DNA of 63,889 nucleotides, filler included. It is 3 parts of 3 records of this genome, joined end to end, with 100 filler letters (N's around TTAATTAATTAA, not from the genome) between each part and the next. Parts side by side here need not be neighbours in the genome. Positions count along the whole stretch, not along the records: positions 1 to 31,995 come from SRR31156797_2247; 2 more parts are not named here. The stretch is one strand, 5' to 3'. Positions within the stretch are counted from its first letter, which is position 1. Every line of letters begins with the position of its first letter. The translations under genes were made by a program, and so were the position numbers. A model generated the notes under the pieces. The model was given only the letters and a program-made list of their open reading frames with translations. It was not told the DNA's origin and did no database searches. Positions 1 through 10,012 of the stretch are shown here, in pieces.

Positions 1-3000
1 ACACTTGCTGTGCCTTCGGTGATACTCTCTATGTCGTCCACTGCTACTGGTGCATCTTCAACTGAAGTTACATTAATTGTCATCGTATAAAAATCCGTAG
101 AATAATCTACCGCATCATTTACCTTAAAGTTGAAATATGAATATGGAGATCCATATTCATTAAGATCTGGTTTAAATTTTAATTGATTATTATCAATGTC
201 CGTTCTTGTTATTACATCGTATGGTTCCAAGTCTTCATTAACATCTATCGTTCCATTGGTATTGGCATCATTATAAAGCATACCTGAACCAGGGGTAGAA
301 ATTAATAGAACCTGATACAACTGATCTCCACCATCAACATCTGAAAAGTTAAATTCAGAAGCATCGAAAATGTAATCTGTATCTTCTGCAGTTGACACTG
401 TATTATCTGAAGCTTCAGGTAAATTATTGTCAGGCAGCACCCTCACTGTTATTGTATTTTCGGGACTTGAATATACATTTCCATCACTAACGCTAAAGGT
501 AAAGGTGGTGTATACATAATCAGAAGCCAATACCCCTGCCTCATTCGTACCCGGCATAAACTTTAAAAGACCTGCATAAACCTCATTAATCGTAAAAGTT
601 TGTCCTGCTGTAAATTCTTCTCCACTATCATAATTTCCATCCAGGTTATTATCAGAATATAAAGTACCCGATCCGGTTAAGGTTGTAATTTCAATATTAC
701 TAATGACATCTCCATCTGGATCGGAGAATGGAAACTCTGATCCGGTAAAGGTATAGTCTATATTTTCATCTGTTGTTATTGTTCCGTCAGCTGAAACAGG
801 ACTATCATTTACTGTAGAAACTGTAAAGTGACAAACTGCCGATCCACTTTCCAAACCATCATCGGCATCAATTACTCTTACAATAATTAAACGTTCATCA
901 GCATTCGGTATATCCGATGTATTCTCATATTGGAAAAGTTCAATAGCACTTTCATAATCGGCTATATCCCGAGTTCCCGTTAGTGTAACTTTTGTATCTC
1001 CCTGAGAAGCTGTTGTTGAAATTCCGTAAGCTGTTAAAGCTGCAGAATTCCAATACAGACCTTCGTATATTTCTCCATCAAGAGGATTGTACACCTCAAT
1101 AATTGCTGAAGATATCTGTGTTCCATTGTCTGTAATTTGAACATCTGAATCTGAAATACTAATTCGACCAATACCTTCGGTATAACCTGCAGCATAATCC
1201 GTATAGTGTAATGCTCCACTATGGCTGCTTTCATCTGCATCTAATACAATCAAAGGCGCTTGTAAGGCACAGTCACTAAATAAAAACGGACCAATCGTAT
1301 TATTGGTGTAATCACATTCTGGGTATGGAGAATTAGGTAATGTTGTTCCAACGGTAGTAAATCCACTACCGTTAACAACTGCTGCGCTATCCACTCCATC
1401 ATTAATGGTTACATATATTTCTCCGTCAAAACCATCTCCTTCTCCATCCAAATCCGTCATCTTAATATTAAAGACGTGTGTTTCTTTGGCATTTAACGGA
1501 TACAGATTAACATTAACAATTTCCTGCTTTAAGATTCGAGCTCCTGGTGTTGAAGGATCGCCATCATAAAAAGTGATTGGTACCTCAAAATCATCAGCAT
1601 GCCCATCTCCATAGTTAAAGATATTAAGTACAAAATCAACCTCGTCATTGTTATCTCCATGACAAGGATCGTCGATACTTTTTACCTCAACTGTAAAGTC
1701 CGGTGCCGGATAAAAAGGATTACCAGCCTGGTCGATCCGATACATTTGCGTTAAATAATTATTTAGCGAAGGAACAATATGGTTTTTTTGCATGATAGCC
1801 GGAATAGTCATATCATTATTGATATTGACATAGCTATATGATCTTTGGTTAAAAATACCTCTTGCCGAAATCCAGGGTGTTAATCTATCGCGGTATACAC
1901 GTAAACCTTCAGAACAGGCCACAACTATATCAGCTCGATTGTTTTGGTCAACATCTACAATAATAGGATGCTCACTTCCGGTATTACTAGTACAACCAGC
2001 TACATTGGTAATTAAGCCGTTGGCGTCATTATATGTTTGATTAGATGTTAAAAGTACTTTTTCGTTTCCTGAACCATCACCTTCTCCCTCGTAAACCCAA
2101 AGGTCGGTTTCATCACGATATACCATTTCTACGCTACCATCTCCTTCAAAATCAAAGAAGTTACAGGCAGTTTCTCCGGAGTTATCGGAGTTACTCAATC
2201 CCCAAACTTGTTCTAATTCGTTTGAAGAATTATATCTGAATACCTCGACATACTCTCTTGATACAACACCTATTTCCGGTTGGTTATCTACATCTCCATC
2301 CACATCACCAATACAGGCAATTCCTCCTTTGCTCCCTCCGCCCAACATTGCGGTAGTACAAATGGAAGTATTCGTTAGCGGATCCCAAACAGAAATTCGA
2401 CCCTGACCTGTAACCACAATGTCCAGATCTCCATCTACATCAATATCACCAAGAGCGACTTTCTGACCTGCATCTCCATCGCTACCAGCACCACTAACCC
2501 AGGCATCGTGTACCCCTGTTGGGTTAACACCCCATACATCTTCAATTGAACCACTTTCAATATCGATTGTGTAAATTCGGCTAGAAGTAATAAATTCTAC
2601 TCCTTTTGCATAAGATAATGCACCACTTCCGGGATCAAATCCTTCAGGGATAACATCAGCAAATGCAAAGTGATCTTTCCAGTACAGATGACTGGCTAAA
2701 TGTCCAGTAGCACCACCCGTTGCTGCAATTAAATCTATGATAATTGAACCATCCTCTATATTGTAAATAGCTGCCGTTTTATTTCCACTTTGCTCTCCAT
2801 AAAACAAAAGTTCGGGCGTACCATCTTCATTAAAATCCAGAATATCCGGCTGAAAACCTCTTCGGGTATAAGCATTTACAATTGGCCAACTGCCATTTGT
2901 ATATTGTGTCCAGCTTGTTCCATTAAAATCGTATCGGTAAATTCGATTATCTCCTGTACTTTCATACCCTGTTGCGATAAAAATCTCCACATAAGGATCT

Positions 3001-3479
3001 GAATCAACATTGGCTAAAGCAACTCCCGTGTGATTATTGGCAATAGTTAAACTTATAAAGTATTTAAGTTCATCTTCTACAGGATCAAAAATAAAAATAC
3101 CATCATCACCTCCGTATGAACTTACCGTAACGATTTCCATATTTCCATCATTATCAATATCAGCCACTTTTGGAATATCATATCCATAAGGGGCATAATC
3201 GTATGTTGGTCCGGCACCCTTAACCTGATAACTTCCAGCTAAAAAGTTATTATCCAGCTGCATCCCAAATTCTTTTGAATCCGGTAGTTGCGACCTACAA
3301 TAATCAGCCTCATAAAAACCGCAAGCCTCATTTGCATAACAGTCCGGGTCAAAGCAGTCTATTAAACCATCTCCGTCATTATCAATACCATCATCACAAA
3401 CCTCTTGTCCAAAGCTTGTCAATGAAAAGAATGTTGATATTATCAACCAAAATAGAACTCTAAAATTTAACACTTTCAT
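1..3479 (-). CDS. Large secreted FG-GAP/CARDB/cadherin-like (Ig) repeat surface protein, 3' end runs off the window
   Basis: Absent from the ORF track. Manual translation from ATG at 3479 gives a signal peptide (MKVLNFRVLFWLIISTFFSLTSFGQ), then EVCDDGIDNDGDGLIDCFDPDC and FG-GAP-like motifs (ADIDNDGNMEIV, GDIDVDGDLDIV, FDFEGDGSVEMVYRDE). The same frame reads EDAPVAVDDIESITEG (Ig/cadherin-like) at the window edge. Not every codon in between was checked. Confidence 0.85.
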   Translation of the reverse strand, partial: MKVLNFRVLFWLIISTFFSLTSFGQEVCDDGIDNDGDGLIDCFDPDCYANEACGFYEADYCRSQLPDSKEFGMQLDNNFLAGSYQVKGAGPTYDYAPYGYDIPKVADIDNDGNMEIVTVSSYGGDDGIFIFDPVEDELKYFISLTIANNHTGVALANVDSDPYVEIFIATGYESTGDNRIYRYDFNGTSWTQYTNGSWPIVNAYTRRGFQPDILDFNEDGTPELLFYGEQSGNKTAAIYNIEDGSIIIDLIAATGGATGHLASHLYWKDHFAFADVIPEGFDPGSGALSYAKGVEFITSSRIYTIDIESGSIEDVWGVNPTGVHDAWVSGAGSDGDAGQKVALGDIDVDGDLDIVVTGQGRISVWDPLTNTSICTTAMLGGGSKGGIACIGDVDGDVDNQPEIGVVSREYVEVFRYNSSNELEQVWGLSNSDNSGETACNFFDFEGDGSVEMVYRDETDLWVYEGEGDGSGNEKVLLTSNQTYNDANGLITNVAGCTSNTGSEHPIIVDVDQNNRADIVVACSEGLRVYRDRLTPWISARGIFNQRSYSYVNINNDMTIPAIMQKNHIVPSLNNYLTQMYRIDQAGNPFYPAPDFTVEVKSIDDPCHGDNNDEVDFVLNIFNYGDGHADDFEVPITFYDGDPSTPGARILKQEIVNVNLYPLNAKETHVFNIKMTDLDGEGDGFDGEIYVTINDGVDSAAVVNGSGFTTVGTTLPNSPYPECDYTNNTIGPFLFSDCALQAPLIVLDADESSHSGALHYTDYAAGYTEGIGRISISDSDVQITDNGTQISSAIIEVYNPLDGEIYEGLYWNSAALTAYGISTTASQGDTKVTLTGTRDIADYESAIELFQYENTSDIPNADERLIIVRVIDADDGLESGSAVCHFTVSTVNDSPVSADGTITTDENIDYTFTGSEFPFSDPDGDVISNIEITTLTGSGTLYSDNNLDGNYDSGEEFTAGQTFTINEVYAGLLKFMPGTNEAGVLASDYVYTTFTFSVSDGNVYSSPENTITVRVLPDNNLPEASDNTVSTAEDTDYIFDASEFNFSDVDGGDQLYQVLLISTPGSGMLYNDANTNGTIDVNEDLEPYDVITRTDIDNNQLKFKPDLNEYGSPYSYFNFKVNDAVDYSTDFYTMTINVTSVEDAPVAVDDIESITEGTAS

Positions 3480-3703
3480 TAAATTGGATTTACTTATATT
3501 ATATTTTTCCTTTCTTTCAATGCAATCCATTATTACGGGCAATTAAGCACTAGGTTGCTCAAATGAATTGAATTTTTACAGTGTTTATTCGAACAATCTA
3601 AAATACCTGATAAGTGGATCTTTTTTCCTGACAAAAGATCACCATTCAATCTTTACTTGGAAACTACCATCTGATCTGTTATCTTAAAGCAAAAATCTAC
3701 GCT

Positions 3704-4558
3704 ATGGAAGAAAATACCAATATGCCACCCATTTTTATTGTATCCGGAGGAAAAGGAGTAGCTGGTCACACTTTAGTAGAAGCCATGTTAATCCAATATC
3801 CCGATCATAAAATCCCGATTATTATTGAACCTGAGGTGAGCTCTCAGGAACAAATTGATAAAGTCGTTGATAAAGTGCTCGAGAAAAATGGTGTGATTGC
3901 CCATACCATGGTGGATCACTTGGCTCGAAGAAGACTGATAGATACCTGTGAGCATAAGAATATCAGACATTTTGATTTGGTTGGCGATATGACTGAATAT
4001 CTGGATACGGTTTTAGATATGCAACCAGTGGAACAACCTGGACTATATCGCTTGCGTGATATGGAATATTACCGTAGGGTGAGAGCTATTGAATTTACCA
4101 TGCAACACGATGATGGTCAGCACGCTGAAAAGATAGCTAACGCAGATATTATATTAGCAGGTGTTTCCAGAACCGGAAAAACACCATTAAGTATTTATTT
4201 GGCCATGTTTGGATGGAAAGTAGCCAATGTCCCTATTGTTCCAGGTACACCAATACCCGATACCTTATTTCAGGTTGATCCAGACAGAGTATTTGGATTA
4301 ACTATATCAATGACTTATTTGATTGCCCAGCGAAGCAGTAGAGTAAGTCGAATTCATATGGATCCACATTCGGATTATGTGGATAGAAGAAAAGTACGCA
4401 TGGAGCTCGATTTTGCCAATAACCTTTTCAAGAAAGGTGGTTTTACCGTTCTAAATATTACCAATAAACCTATTGAATATTCTGCCAATGAAATCCTTAC
4501 CATCTTAACTTCGCGTTTCGGAAGTGACAAATGGAAAAAGGATGAAGAACATCATTAA
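3704..4558 (+). CDS. ppsR: Pyruvate phosphate/water dikinase regulatory protein (kinase/pyrophosphorylase, DUF299)
   Basis: AIEFTMQHDDG and ADIILAGVSRTGKTPLSIYLA motifs. Confidence 0.9.
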   Translation: MEENTNMPPIFIVSGGKGVAGHTLVEAMLIQYPDHKIPIIIEPEVSSQEQIDKVVDKVLEKNGVIAHTMVDHLARRRLIDTCEHKNIRHFDLVGDMTEYLDTVLDMQPVEQPGLYRLRDMEYYRRVRAIEFTMQHDDGQHAEKIANADIILAGVSRTGKTPLSIYLAMFGWKVANVPIVPGTPIPDTLFQVDPDRVFGLTISMTYLIAQRSSRVSRIHMDPHSDYVDRRKVRMELDFANNLFKKGGFTVLNITNKPIEYSANEILTILTSRFGSDKWKKDEEHH

Positions 4559-4615
4559 ACGATTTCTTTTAAACGTTAAAAGATTGTAAAGAATTAAATG
4601 AAATAAACATTGCCC

Positions 4616-4650
4616 AAGGTTGTTTATCTTTTTGAAAAACAGCCTTTTTT
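4616..4650 (+). terminator. Rho-independent terminator
   Basis: AAGGTTGTTT...AAACAGCCTT stem followed by a T-run. Confidence 0.6.
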
Positions 4651-4746
4651 ATTTTAACTCCTATATCGACCAAATAAATAATGTTTAATTAATGTCACAA
4701 TAATATTAAACAAAATTAGATCAGCTGCTGTTTTCTTTCAAAACAA

Positions 4747-4754
4747 TACTTTTG
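4747..4754 (+). promoter_or_regulatory. Bacteroidota -7 promoter element for folE
   Basis: TACTTTTG matches TAnnTTTG, about 40 nt upstream of the ATG. Confidence 0.5.
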
Positions 4755-4792
4755 CCTAAGAGTTATAGTTTAAGAATTTAAATGTTTTTGAT

Positions 4793-5638
4793 ATGAAAGA
4801 AGTCATTGTAAAAACAGCAATAAAAAATCCCAAACCGTCACGATATGACAGCAGAAAGGGATTTTCATCAGACAAACAAGGTGCGTTTGATTATTTAAAG
4901 GAATTTGTAAAAGAAAGATTTGAGCGTAAGTTTCCTCAAAAAGATTTTTTGACGGCCTGGATTGAATACAATCATTTGCAGGATTTTAAAATATCCGATA
5001 ATGTTGAAAGTGTAGGAGGCGTTTCTGAAGAAGCACATTATATTATGCGTGTGATTACTGAATATCATATTACCCAAGCTTTTAAAGCCATGAAGATTGA
5101 TATGAACGATCCGAATGTTGGTGGAGAAAAGGGAACGCCTTATCGAGTTGCTAAAATGTATTGCGGGGATAATCTGGAGGACGATTCAGAATTATTATCC
5201 GGCCGTTGGTCGCATCGCCCACATATGGCCAGTTTTCCAAACGAGTCGGGACAAAAATATCCTATTACCAAGCGAGTTGATATTGTTTCGGTTTGTTCGC
5301 ATCACACTGCACCTTTTAGCACTTTATTCAGAGATGGTTCATACGCCGTTATTAGTTATATTCCGGATGAAAAAGTACTGGGAATTTCCAAATTGCAACG
5401 TATTGTGGACTGGGTAGCACGCAGAGGTCATTTGCAGGAAAATCTTACTAAAATGATTTATGACGAGGTAAGTAAAGCTGCAGAAACAAAATCAGTCTAT
5501 GTAAAGCTGAGTGGTTTGGTGCACACTTGCGAATCCTTAAGGGGAACACAAAGTAACGAAGGCGCTTTTACCAGTGAATATTATGATGGTGCATTTACCA
5601 ATTATGATATGCGAAGAGAAGTGAGTAGTCAACAGTAG
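4793..5638 (+). CDS. folE: GTP cyclohydrolase I, atypical, N-terminally extended
   Basis: TPYRVAKMY, S-V-C-S-H-H (Zn ligands; usually CEHH), YIP...VLGISKLQRIVDWVARR..LQE, HTCESLRG. Confidence 0.85.
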   Translation: MKEVIVKTAIKNPKPSRYDSRKGFSSDKQGAFDYLKEFVKERFERKFPQKDFLTAWIEYNHLQDFKISDNVESVGGVSEEAHYIMRVITEYHITQAFKAMKIDMNDPNVGGEKGTPYRVAKMYCGDNLEDDSELLSGRWSHRPHMASFPNESGQKYPITKRVDIVSVCSHHTAPFSTLFRDGSYAVISYIPDEKVLGISKLQRIVDWVARRGHLQENLTKMIYDEVSKAAETKSVYVKLSGLVHTCESLRGTQSNEGAFTSEYYDGAFTNYDMRREVSSQQ

Positions 5639-5840
5639 ACAGTATTCAGTTAGCAGTTAGCAGTCAACAGTATTCAGTTAGCAGGGAACAGTTAGCAGTG
5701 AGCAGTAAACAGTACTCAGTTAGCAGTCAACGGTTAGCTGTTAAAAGTGGTCAGACTACAGTAATCAGTATGGAGAGGGTGTTGATTCACCTTGTAAATA
5801 AAACCAATAGCTAAAAGCCAATGGCTAATAGCCTAATGAC
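5619..5840. repeat. Phased 7-bp tandem array plus a short counter-oriented array
   Basis: 22 in-phase heptamers at 5619-5772 (CAGTTAG, CAGTATT, CAGTCAA...), then ACCAATA/GCTAAAA/GCCAATG/GCTAATA at 5803-5830. Confidence 0.9.
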
Positions 5841-5860
5841 AAATAAACAAAAGACAACCC

Positions 5861-6466
5861 ATGATTATAAGAAAGAAATTTAAGTTTGAAGGAGCACATA
5901 TAGTCCGTGATTGTTCGAGTGACCGATGCAAAAAATCATTACATGGACACAGTTATGTGGTGGAGGTTTTCTTAAGCTCTACCAAACTGGACTTTGGACA
6001 AATGGTATATGATTTTGGCCTGACCAAAGGAACCATTAAGGATGTGGTGGATAGTTTTGACCACGCCTATGCTATGTGGAATAAAGAAAGTGATGACTTT
6101 AAATCGTTCATTAAAAATAATAGTGACAGGTATGTAGAAATGCCGGTAAGTCCTTCAGCAGAGTGTTTTGCGCTTACCTTTTTATTTGTAATTGATAAAG
6201 TTTTACAAGCCACTCAAACTAATAATGGTGAAGGAGAAGTGAGTGTAAAATCCGTAAGAGTACACGAAACAGATACGGGTTATGCCGAAGCCTTTCGTGA
6301 AGATTTAGAATGGTTTAATTATTCCTTAGAAGATATTGTTTTTAGTCAGTCCATTAAAGATGAGTGGCAAGATCCGATGATGTATGATAAACTATTGTCC
6401 TACCATAGCAAGAAAGGTGTCGATAAGCCCTTTGTAAATCCGGTTGTGGAACGTAAGTTTGATTAA
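5861..6466 (+). CDS. queD: 6-carboxy-5,6,7,8-tetrahydropterin synthase, long QueD2 type
   Basis: IRKKFKFEGAHIVRDCSSDRCKKSLHGHSY, YDFG, FDH, PVSPSAE and VHETDTGYA motifs; 201 aa, like QueD2. Confidence 0.88.
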   Translation: MIIRKKFKFEGAHIVRDCSSDRCKKSLHGHSYVVEVFLSSTKLDFGQMVYDFGLTKGTIKDVVDSFDHAYAMWNKESDDFKSFIKNNSDRYVEMPVSPSAECFALTFLFVIDKVLQATQTNNGEGEVSVKSVRVHETDTGYAEAFREDLEWFNYSLEDIVFSQSIKDEWQDPMMYDKLLSYHSKKGVDKPFVNPVVERKFD

Positions 6467-6491
6467 AATACAGAACAAATCATTCCCACCT

Positions 6492-6539
6492 AACAAAAAC
6501 CTTTTTTGAAGTGTAATCCTTCGAAAAAGGTTTTTTGTT
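6492..6539. terminator. Bidirectional terminator
   Basis: AACAAAAACCTTTTTTGAAG / CTTCGAAAAAGGTTTTTTGTT between convergent genes. Confidence 0.75.
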
Positions 6540-6551
6540 AAAAGAAAATAC

Positions 6552-6848
6552 CTACAAGGTATAAGAAGCCCAAAAATAAACCGCAGATACAATACATATA
6601 GTCACTGCAATCGTCAGCATCCATGCTTTTCGCCTTCGGGAAATAATTTTTCTACGAATCCGGCTTTTAATTTCTTCCAGTTTTACTTTATCTATTTCTT
6701 TATCGTGAAATAGGATATGATGGTGTTTTCGAATTTCTTCCTGGTAAATATCTTTTACCTTAGTCATGCGCTCGATTCTTTTTTTTCGGATGGAATCGTT
6801 GTAGCGTGAGCGCTTAATCATATCCAAAACATGTCCGGCTGAACTCAT
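6552..6848 (-). CDS. Hypothetical basic protein with a C-terminal TM helix
   Basis: 98-aa ORF with a hydrophobic C-terminus, ending at the terminator. Confidence 0.65.
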   Translation of the reverse strand: MSSAGHVLDMIKRSRYNDSIRKKRIERMTKVKDIYQEEIRKHHHILFHDKEIDKVKLEEIKSRIRRKIISRRRKAWMLTIAVTICIVSAVYFWASYTL

Positions 6849-6875
6849 AGTAATTAAGATTAGTTTTCAGATTCG

Positions 6876-6922
6876 AAAATAAAAGGATGGATGATTATTC
6901 ACAAATGACAATCATCCATCCT
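6876..6922 (-). terminator. Terminator of the PadR/PspC/DUF4252 operon
   Basis: Perfect 13-bp stem AGGATGGATGATT/AATCATCCATCCT with an A-run on its left. Confidence 0.7.
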
Positions 6923-6930
6923 GTATTGTT

Positions 6931-7431
6931 TTAATCTTTGTAATCTTCCATTTTTTCTTTCAGTTTATCCACATCTTCCACCTTAAAATCGCCAAAAAAA
7001 GATAACAAAATACCATTTTTTTCACCCTGAAAGATTACATGGCATTCACTAACTTTTTTGCCTTTGCGCATCACCCACACTTCCGAGTCTTCATCATTGT
7101 CATCATCTTCAACTAATTTATATTTTCCTTTGTGCATATATTTTTGCACCAAGGATTTAAAGTTTGCAGATGACTCCTCTTCTGGTTTGAAAATAACCAG
7201 TTTTACTTCATGCAAATCTCCCGAAACATGATGCTCTTCGCCATCATCATCATGGTCGATATCTAAATCGGCAAAGTTCATTAGATTTTTCGAGAAGGAT
7301 AAATAAGTCACCTCATCCATATCTCTTAAATCGTTAAACATTTTATCGGCAGTTTTTTGCTGAGCAAATATGCTTAAGCTACTAATACCTACCATTAATA
7401 TTATTATGGATGTTCTTAATAAAGCTTTCAT
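6931..7431 (-). CDS. DUF4252-family exported protein
   Basis: Signal peptide, VTYLSFSKNLM and LLSFFGDF motifs, typical size. Confidence 0.7.
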   Translation of the reverse strand: MKALLRTSIIILMVGISSLSIFAQQKTADKMFNDLRDMDEVTYLSFSKNLMNFADLDIDHDDDGEEHHVSGDLHEVKLVIFKPEEESSANFKSLVQKYMHKGKYKLVEDDDNDEDSEVWVMRKGKKVSECHVIFQGEKNGILLSFFGDFKVEDVDKLKEKMEDYKD

Positions 7432-7500
7432 TTCTTAGATTTTAGGTTTAATAATCAATTCATTGCCATACAATATTCAATAAAAGGTTTCAAAATCGCA

Positions 7501-8982
7501 TTAGTCCAGGTTGCTATGAACAATCCAGTCCAATTCCTCATCAACAATAACATTTACATCCTGAGGAACTACAATAACTGCCCTAACACGTTGATCTCTG
7601 ATTTTACTTTCCTGATTGAGCGTAAAAACGGGGTCTATCTTTAATACTGAATCCTGCAATATCCAAAAGAACTCAATATCTTTACAATTATTCTCTGCCG
7701 TTAAAACAGATCTTCCTTTAGCTGATTTTTTAATATCAATAGCAAATTCATCTCCTCTTACGAGCTCTATTCGAGGATTTCCTTTGATGTGTATTTGATC
7801 ATCAGCCAGGTAAACATCTAATTTATTGACATCGAATAAATGTTCTTTATATTCCGGCATATATCCGGTTTGATTTGGTTTTAAGTATATCGTTTTGTTT
7901 TCAGGTACTACTAATTCTGATTTATTATAAACATCTTCTGTTACCGTAAATTCACGAGCCACTCTTGCCGATGTATATACTAATAATATCAAGCCTGCAA
8001 TCCATAAAACTAAAAAGGTAATGCCTAACCATCGTGTTCCGGATCTAAATCTGAAAACCATTCTGAAACCAGCATAGAATAACAATAAAATTGGAATGCA
8101 GGTTACGGTTAACAATCCAATCGTACCTAGCATTAAATCCGTTCCTGACATAAAATAGGTAGGAATGGAGGCAATATAATTACCTGCTCCCGAAAAGTCG
8201 AAAAATGTAAATCCAAAGGTAAAGGCCAATATCAGTGAAACCAAAACAGCCAATGTCCCGATCATTAAGGCAACCCCAATGATAGATACCAAAACACGAA
8301 CGATTATTCTTAAAACGTTACCCAATGTATCGGAACCTCGGTTCATGCCATCCGAAAAATTTTGGTAGGTTTTGGATTGTTTGAATTTTTGAGTGACTTC
8401 CTGGTATTCATTTTTCAGGTTTTGTTCCCATTTTTCGTAACTGGCCGGACCTCTCATTTCTAATTTTTGGGTAATAGTACTGGCTTTGGGCATTACAATC
8501 CATAGTATAAGATAAACTGGCAGTGACGCTCCGTATAATATAAATGCGATCAGAAATATAATACGAAAAACAAGCGGATCCATATCGAAGTATGCCCCTA
8601 ATCCTCCACAAACACCACCTAAGTAACGATTTTCAGGATCGCGATATAATCGTTTACGGTATTGAGGAGTCGGAGGTACCGTTGTTTCCTGAGTTGATGA
8701 TTTTTCCTGCGCTTCTTCTTCATCTGCAATATCCTTAGGTTCTCCCATTGTAGAAATCACTTCTTTTACTTGTGTTAAAGTAATGACCTCTTCTGCAGAC
8801 TTTTTCTTTCCTGTAAACAATTCAGCAAAGCGCGCTTCAATATCTGCCACAATTTCTTTGGCTTCATCTTCATCTGCAAAGCTTCGTTCAATTTTTTTGA
8901 GGTATTGATTTAGTTTTTCATAAGCATCTTCATCAATATGAAAAGCAAAACCATTTAAGTTGATATATAAAGTTTTCTTCAT
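7501..8982 (-). CDS. PspC domain membrane protein (long form)
   Basis: MKKTLYINLNG..FHIDEDAY; RLYRDPENRYLGGVCGGLGAYF (PspC); several TM helices; C-terminal extracytoplasmic domain. Confidence 0.9.
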   Translation of the reverse strand: MKKTLYINLNGFAFHIDEDAYEKLNQYLKKIERSFADEDEAKEIVADIEARFAELFTGKKKSAEEVITLTQVKEVISTMGEPKDIADEEEAQEKSSTQETTVPPTPQYRKRLYRDPENRYLGGVCGGLGAYFDMDPLVFRIIFLIAFILYGASLPVYLILWIVMPKASTITQKLEMRGPASYEKWEQNLKNEYQEVTQKFKQSKTYQNFSDGMNRGSDTLGNVLRIIVRVLVSIIGVALMIGTLAVLVSLILAFTFGFTFFDFSGAGNYIASIPTYFMSGTDLMLGTIGLLTVTCIPILLLFYAGFRMVFRFRSGTRWLGITFLVLWIAGLILLVYTSARVAREFTVTEDVYNKSELVVPENKTIYLKPNQTGYMPEYKEHLFDVNKLDVYLADDQIHIKGNPRIELVRGDEFAIDIKKSAKGRSVLTAENNCKDIEFFWILQDSVLKIDPVFTLNQESKIRDQRVRAVIVVPQDVNVIVDEELDWIVHSNLD

Positions 8983-9026
8983 TTTGTGATGTTGTTAAAA
9001 TGATCAATTAGGTAGGTTCTATTTCA

Positions 9027-9998
9027 TTAACAAAACATAAATACACTGCCAACGATAAAGCCAATTACTTTAATTCCAATTACGGCTAAAAACAAAAAGG
9101 CAATCAGGTAAATAATGATTTTAAAAACCGATTTAAAAATAAAGCCAATTAAAAGCAGAATGCCAACCAGGATAAAAATCCCCGGAAAATGAAAAAAGGG
9201 GACATGCCCCATATGAAAACTGGTTTGATGAATAAAGTCAGGGTTAAACATATCCATATGAATTAAGTTTCCCATAAGCATTACTGCACCAACAATAGCT
9301 ACAATGGCCAAAATAGTTTTATCACGTTTTGTAAATTTATTCCACCAGCTTTCGCCTTTTTTATAGGCATTGCTTTCTTTCATTTTACTAAAGCGCTCTT
9401 TTACATCTTCATATTCATCCCTAATCGCTTTCTCAATATTGTTAATGGTTACATTCTCGCCCCGCATTTCCAGCTTTTGTGCCGTGGTAATAGCAGCAGG
9501 AACAACAATCCAAAGAATAACATAGATTGGAACAATAATCCCGACTCCCACTATTATCAGAATAACGAATAATACACGAAGCAACACCGGATCCATATTT
9601 AAGTAGGCAGCTAAACCACTACAAACTCCACCCAAAACCCTGTTGTCCACATCTCTGAATAAGCGTTTTCTTTTTTTAGTGTAATAATCGTAAGCTGCGT
9701 ATTGCGATTTTTCTTTCGATCTTTTAGGCTCTTCCTCATCTTCAAAATCTTCGGGCTGTCCCATTTGGTTCATAATATCTTCAACCATATCTAATGTAAC
9801 TACCGATGATTTACTCGAAAGCTTTTCCTCTAAAAGTTCAGCAATTCTGCTTTCTATATCATTGATTATTTCTTTGCCCTCTTCCTGCTTTTTAAAATAG
9901 CGTTCCAGTTTATCCAAATATTCACGTAATCGGATAAATGCATCATCATCAATGTAAAAAACGCGACCGTTTAAATTTATATTTACTGTTTTTTTCAT
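9027..9998 (-). CDS. PspC domain membrane protein (short paralog)
   Basis: MKKTVNINLNG..FYIDDDAF; RLFRDVDNRVLGGVCSGLAAYL. Confidence 0.9.
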   Translation of the reverse strand: MKKTVNINLNGRVFYIDDDAFIRLREYLDKLERYFKKQEEGKEIINDIESRIAELLEEKLSSKSSVVTLDMVEDIMNQMGQPEDFEDEEEPKRSKEKSQYAAYDYYTKKRKRLFRDVDNRVLGGVCSGLAAYLNMDPVLLRVLFVILIIVGVGIIVPIYVILWIVVPAAITTAQKLEMRGENVTINNIEKAIRDEYEDVKERFSKMKESNAYKKGESWWNKFTKRDKTILAIVAIVGAVMLMGNLIHMDMFNPDFIHQTSFHMGHVPFFHFPGIFILVGILLLIGFIFKSVFKIIIYLIAFLFLAVIGIKVIGFIVGSVFMFC

Positions 9999-10012
9999 GA
10001 CTTTTCCTTTTA

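Noticed and set aside
1034-3463. Four short ORF-track calls at the window start
   Set aside because: All lie within the large minus-strand surface-protein gene
5619-5772. Repeat arrays as CRISPR (also at 43989-44280)
   Set aside because: No repeat-spacer alternation and no cas genes
4793-6466. 7-deazaguanine DNA-modification (dpd) defence island
   Set aside because: No dpdA/tgtA5, queC, queE or other dpd genes adjacent
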